Shown: in pieces, positions 59,150 through 64,000 of the stretch | Numbering within the stretch: the first letter of the stretch is position 1 | Layout: each line of letters opens with the position of its first letter | DNA from: Raillietiella orientalis | Lineage: Eukaryota | Assembly (NCBI GenBank): GCA_036172245.1 | Contig: JAYWIR010000002.1 | Span: forward strand, 2,666,001-2,730,000 | Direction: 5' to 3' | Length of the DNA: 64,000 nucleotides | Program-made: the position numbers and the translations under genes | The notes under the pieces: generated by a model | Databases searched by the model: none | Told to the model about the DNA's origin: nothing | The model's input: only the letters and a program-made list of their open reading frames with translations

Positions 59150-61000
59150 CTTTCAAGAAAGTATGGAGATTTTAAGCAGAGTGTACGATGCACGCTTGAA
59201 TGCATCGTACATGTTGCTTTCTGTTTTGTCGAATATTAAGAATTGATAGCCGGCGGCATCTCGTATGAAGTTATTAACAAAAACGGCCGACAGATCCCTA
59301 CATACAGAGTTGCACTTTAGTGACCGTAATACGAGGCATATGTTTTGCGAGCATGGATTTTTTCTCTAAGAACCTAAATGGTACATCAAGGGCTTGATTC
59401 TAAGCACCATAGCTGTATAATTTGCTGTCGTCCTACAACGGCTGCAAACTCCGCTTTGGCGGCCGTGTGGCCACGGCGCCCTCGTGCAGCTCCAGGCGTG
59501 GCGAGTTCGAAGACCCACAAAGGATCGACAACGAGTTGGATACGTCATGGGTTTCGAATCTCCATACGATGGCACTGATGACGACCCAGGCTTCAGATGT
59601 CAACTGCAAGGACACTGCGTCAGCAGGAGGATGCCCCGTTGACAAGCCGGGAATCGGGAATGTACCTTCGGACTCCATCCCAGGAATCACGGAGCCTTCC
59701 GATCTTCCCTCCCTTTTACGAACACCTCGGTTGTGTGACAGCGGTAGAGCCTTGTGAGCTTCCACGTGGTGACGTTGTCAAACCTCTGCGATGCCCCTAT
59801 AGGACGAGGCAACAGCTCTCGAGTGCATGGCAAATCAAAAGAAGGAAAAACCGAAATAAAACAAAACAAAACCTGGAAGGACGTGGGAAAGCAGAAAATT
59901 AATCAGGATTCCCATCACCCTACACAACGCTGCAAACGCCGACGCCTCTATATCTGCACAAGGTTAATGACTAAATGCTCATCAAACCATTGTCAACTAC
60001 GGGGAGGCTTCCGTACCTCTGGACTTCTTTTTCCACCCATCTTTTTGAGCAAAAGTAATTTTCTCCATTTCCTCTGTGGATGATGAACCTCGTGCGTTGG
60101 CGTTCGCAGCTCGTGTAGGGTGATGAGTCTGATGAGCATCTCTCCACCAAGCCATTATGAGAGTTGTACGGCGGCTGCAGTCTTCAAGCGCAGTCTGATG
60201 TAACCCACGCGACGTGCAGCGCCGGGCTTGGCCCCTCGACTCCTCATCTTTCGATTTTCTTCAAAGATCACCTTACTGGCGTTCACCCGCCGGAAGGCTC
60301 CGTGATCTCCATGCTTTTCTGTGGAAAATGTTTGCGAAGATGACATTCACTCGAATACCGTCCGAAATCACAAAGATACATTGAAAGGAAAGCATGCAGA
60401 GTTCTTTTACTTCCAAGACGGAGGAAATAAATCGTCCATCATCGAAGACGTATACACACACCTTAAAAGTAAAACAAAAAAAAAATACACTACTTGTACT
60501 TAAAAGGTATTATCGGTGTTCCCCACAAAAAGCAGATAACATTTTTTCCATGTAGCCATCAACCGTTTCAGTGCAGCTGCTATCTCTCTCCATCAACTCC
60601 TGCACTCGTGGAAAGAACCAGCTTTGGTCATGCGAAATAATAAAAAAAACAAAAACATGGCGCTACCCTTCTCGCTGCTTCTCGATCTGGAAAACGTTTT
60701 CCTCATTGGCCTCCCTTCTCCGTTGAGGAAGGAAAGCGGTCGCACAGTGACAGATCAGGAGTATGCAGTGAACGCTGCAACATCTCGAACTTTAATTCTT
60801 CCGGCGCGTGTTGAAGCGGAAAAGTGGTGCAGCCCCAGAGAGGTGGATCGACCCGCCGACCTCCTCCGTCTGGTACCCGCAACGCCTCGCGCACCGGACG
60901 CATATGCTGGCGCCGAGCTTCTGACGAGAGGGAGTCTGCTCGGGTCCCACGCCGACACGTCAGAAGGAGGTGGAAATGAGTGGATTAGCACTCGTCGGGG
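59150..61000 (+). mobile_element. Highly decayed APE/RT LINE remnant
   Basis: Motif echoes in order: IICCRPT (~YRPP), HHPTQR, EDDIHSNTV..EFFYF, FSLLLDLENVF (~LD.EKAFD). Very degenerate; bounds approximate. Confidence 0.35.
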
Positions 61001-61949
61001 TCTCGAAGGTGAGAACCTCAGCGACCACGGATCGGCACAACTATTTCGCCACCTGCCTTCCGACTCGAGGTCCCAAATCCACGTCTCCTTGGTGAGGATC
61101 ATCTTCAGGAATATCTACCCATCCTTCGCAACTACGTCCGTTCCAATGCAGTAGCATCGAGGCACCTTTGCGCTTCATCTCGTGGACCCTCGGGTGCTTG
61201 CTTCTGCCACCCTTCTCTTGTGCATTGCATCTCCTCGAAGATCGTCGGGAAAACCCGAATGTGGTGATCCTGAGTGGTTTTAACAAGGGTTCTGAAGCCA
61301 AGCCTGTAGCTCACAACCGTGGCTGCAACGCTCCTAGCATTGATTCTATTCTTAACGTTCGAGACTCCTTCAGAATCAGTTTGAACCTCCATTCGTGAAG
61401 CAGAGTACTGGTCTTTGCGCGATAAGAACTGCCCCCATGTCGTGTCATCGCAGCCCCATGAATCTCCAGCGAGGTCATTTTTTCAGCAGCAAAATCACGT
61501 TGCCTGTCTCCATTCATCCTCGATGCATATATTCAGAGAAAGGATCATCTTTCAAGTGTGCACACGCCGTGGAACACTGTGCAGCACTACACCTGCACAT
61601 GACGAGCATTTAAGAAATCCTCGTGCCTTCATGCCTTCCTTGCATTCGTCAGAACAAGAAATCCTCGTGTCTCACATAGAAGAAAAGGAACCCATTCTCC
61701 CTCTGTTCCGCAGATGATGCGGAGAAGCACCTAGTTCGGAAGGGGGGGTGCCTTGCCAAAGTGCAGGCAAAGATCCAAAGTTGAGTGGATCAGAGTAAGA
61801 ATGCCAGGTGCGAAGAAACTCGAGCTCCCCTTCAGAATTCCAAGGCAGGCATTCGAAAAAAAAACACACATACATACGCACAATCCGGCATCTTCTGTAA
61901 GCAAAATAGCTGAAGAGTGTGTGATCGGAAGTCAACTCCTGGCTGCACC

Positions 61950-63900
61950 TCTTGGGAAAAAAGAAAAATCTTCCTGAAGAACTTTTAGAGGAGGGCGAAG
62001 GTTCAGTCGACAGTTCCACTCTATCGAAACTTCTCTGTGGCTTGTCGAAAAAAGAGAGAAGTTGTGAAAGTGAGCAGCCCACAAGTGGTCTTCGTTATTT
62101 TCTAAGGAAGGGCGTTCGATCTGCTGGCTGCCGTGGGGTGTGGTCGTTTCCTGCAGGCAAAGCGCGCACACTGGATCCGCCACTTGCCTCGTGACCCACC
62201 TCCTTCCCTTCAAATTCCCCTGTCTCTTCGGGCTCCGAGAAGATCTTCTGGGGAGAAGATGGCAACCGTTCACGAAACGCTGACCATTCTTCAAGTCATT
62301 TATCTCCGTGCTCAGGAGTCGAGCTGCAGTTCCAGGAACAAAAAAACAGTACTGCAACTCTTCGGAGGAATCAGTTCTTCGCCTTGTTTGTCAGTACGGG
62401 CGAGAAAAAATTAGGAGAACCTATAGAACCAGAGCGGTCACATTTGTCCTCGCTTTTTTCCTCAAGAAAAAAAAAAAACATTGCTTGTTTCTCTATGAGA
62501 TTGATCAGCTGATCGAATGCCATTTTCAATATCGATTTTTGTCCCCCTCCCTCTTCTCCCCCTCATTGTCCACCAAGTGCTTGGAGAAGGAGGATTTGAG
62601 TCGGCGGAAATGCACAGAGAAAGAGAAGAACATTTGGCATTGTCATATGTACTCTTCTCGGGAAAAGACATCTTCTCCACCTGCGCTCATTTGCGTGGAA
62701 ATGACTCTTTTTGTGTGTTTGTTGTCGGGTCATTCTGCAAGTGTTGCATGTATACATCTGTGATGATGCCTGGAATCGAGTGAGAGATTTGTTTGCATGG
62801 AAATCACATTTTCCTTATTACAAATGCAGAGATGTGGTCCAGCTCACGTCAAATCAAGAAAGCGGAGCAGATTCTGCAGTCGGACATTACACCGTTGCCC
62901 ATGCAATCTAATTATTAATTCCACGATGTTGGGCAAAGAATTCCTGTTTTCACCTCTTCGGAGCCATGTTTTCTCAAAACTTCGCAAACAGAATGACGGA
63001 GAAGTGCGTGGTGAAAGTTGGCAATGGAGCAAAAGCTCCCCCCTTTGCTTTCAGCACTGTTCTCACTCTCCTGCGGTGAAGGGGAGGGACAAGAGTGACC
63101 CCCAGATATCTTTTCCTCCAAAGTACAAATCTCTTCTCCATATCTCCATCGCTAATCCAAGACGAGACTTTTCCTCATGCACATCAAGAGGATTGCAAAG
63201 GGTCTCTCGCTTTTTGGATGCAACACACTATCGGAAAAGCCGAAATCAAGTGGCTTTCACGGAAATGCTGATTAAGTTGGTGTTGTCGAGAAGCTGTCTC
63301 TGGAACCATTCTGGAGCACGAAATCGCGTTTTTGGATTTCGGTAGAGGTCGTCCTGAGCTTAAGAAAAGTGCCTCCTGACCGGCAGACCTGATGACTGGA
63401 GGAGCAATGGCTCTCGTTTCTTCGTGTTTCGACAAATATGAGGTCCATCTATCCTGCTTCCTATGGGGAAATCGTATCGTCACGGCTCTGAAGAGCGAAT
63501 GCGAGCTCGAGAGCATGAGAAGAATGTTCATCGATGTTCAAACGCCTATGAGAAGGCAGGTCAGGTGACTGGTACAAGTCAGCATCTGTCGTCACTTTGA
63601 AATCCTGGATTCTCCTCCTCTTATGCTCTTGTTGTCACGTCATCCCTCCTTTCTCGAGGAAAGGAAAAGCGGTTCTCCAGGGAATGGTTCAGCAAAAAAT
63701 CCAATTGTTTATTTTGTGGTCCACTTTCGTCCGTGGCTGTGTGTCTTGCATGGCTACGGCTGACGAGTGAGGACTCCCTTAAATTAGTTGGTCCACTCGA
63801 ATGCGCAGCGATTGCATATTTTAGTGCCTGATTTCGAAACAAGCAAAAGACACTGCCTCTTTGGTCGAACCCAAAAGCCCTACTCTCAGAAGCCATCAGT
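61950..63900 (-). mobile_element. Decayed L1/Tx1-like ORF2 remnant
   Basis: Echoes of RT (TC..G..SMNILL; QDRWTSYL; DLYRN) and a C-terminal knuckle ADPVCALCLQETTTPH (~62140-62190). Confidence 0.4.
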
Positions 63901-64000
63901 GCACAGATGGCGCGTGGTCAACTAAGCTCCCTGATCGCCTTCACTTCGCATGACTCGAAAATCCTATTTTTTTGTGCCAGCGTTCATGTTTGTGCCTTTC

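Overview
Eukaryotic (invertebrate, ecdysozoan-like; possibly a nematode, not provable here) genomic DNA with two parts. (1) ~1-28 kb is a GC/CpG-rich pile of decayed non-LTR retrotransposons, mostly on the minus strand: L1/Tx1-type elements (3x CCHC ORF1 plus APE/RT), a CR1/L2-like remnant and a NeSL/Utopia-type element with a restriction-like endonuclease. Among them are two recurring non-coding modules. Module A (two copies) has a conserved 3' stem-loop, an A-rich tail and a GNRA-capped junction. Module B (~550-750 bp, three copies) has a Pol III B-box-like motif, several cUUCGg hairpins and an HDV-ribozyme-like double-pseudoknot candidate. (2) ~33-56 kb holds two intact spliced minus-strand genes that the ORF track only fragments: a JNK MAP kinase (8 coding exons, 34081-43862, 379 aa, with candidate upstream coding exons) and STAMBP/AMSH JAMM deubiquitinase (9 exons, 53874-55519, 415 aa, introns 39-68 nt). 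The right end (58-64 kb) again has decayed LINE remnants and a 150-bp tandem duplication. All alignments and folds were done by eye.
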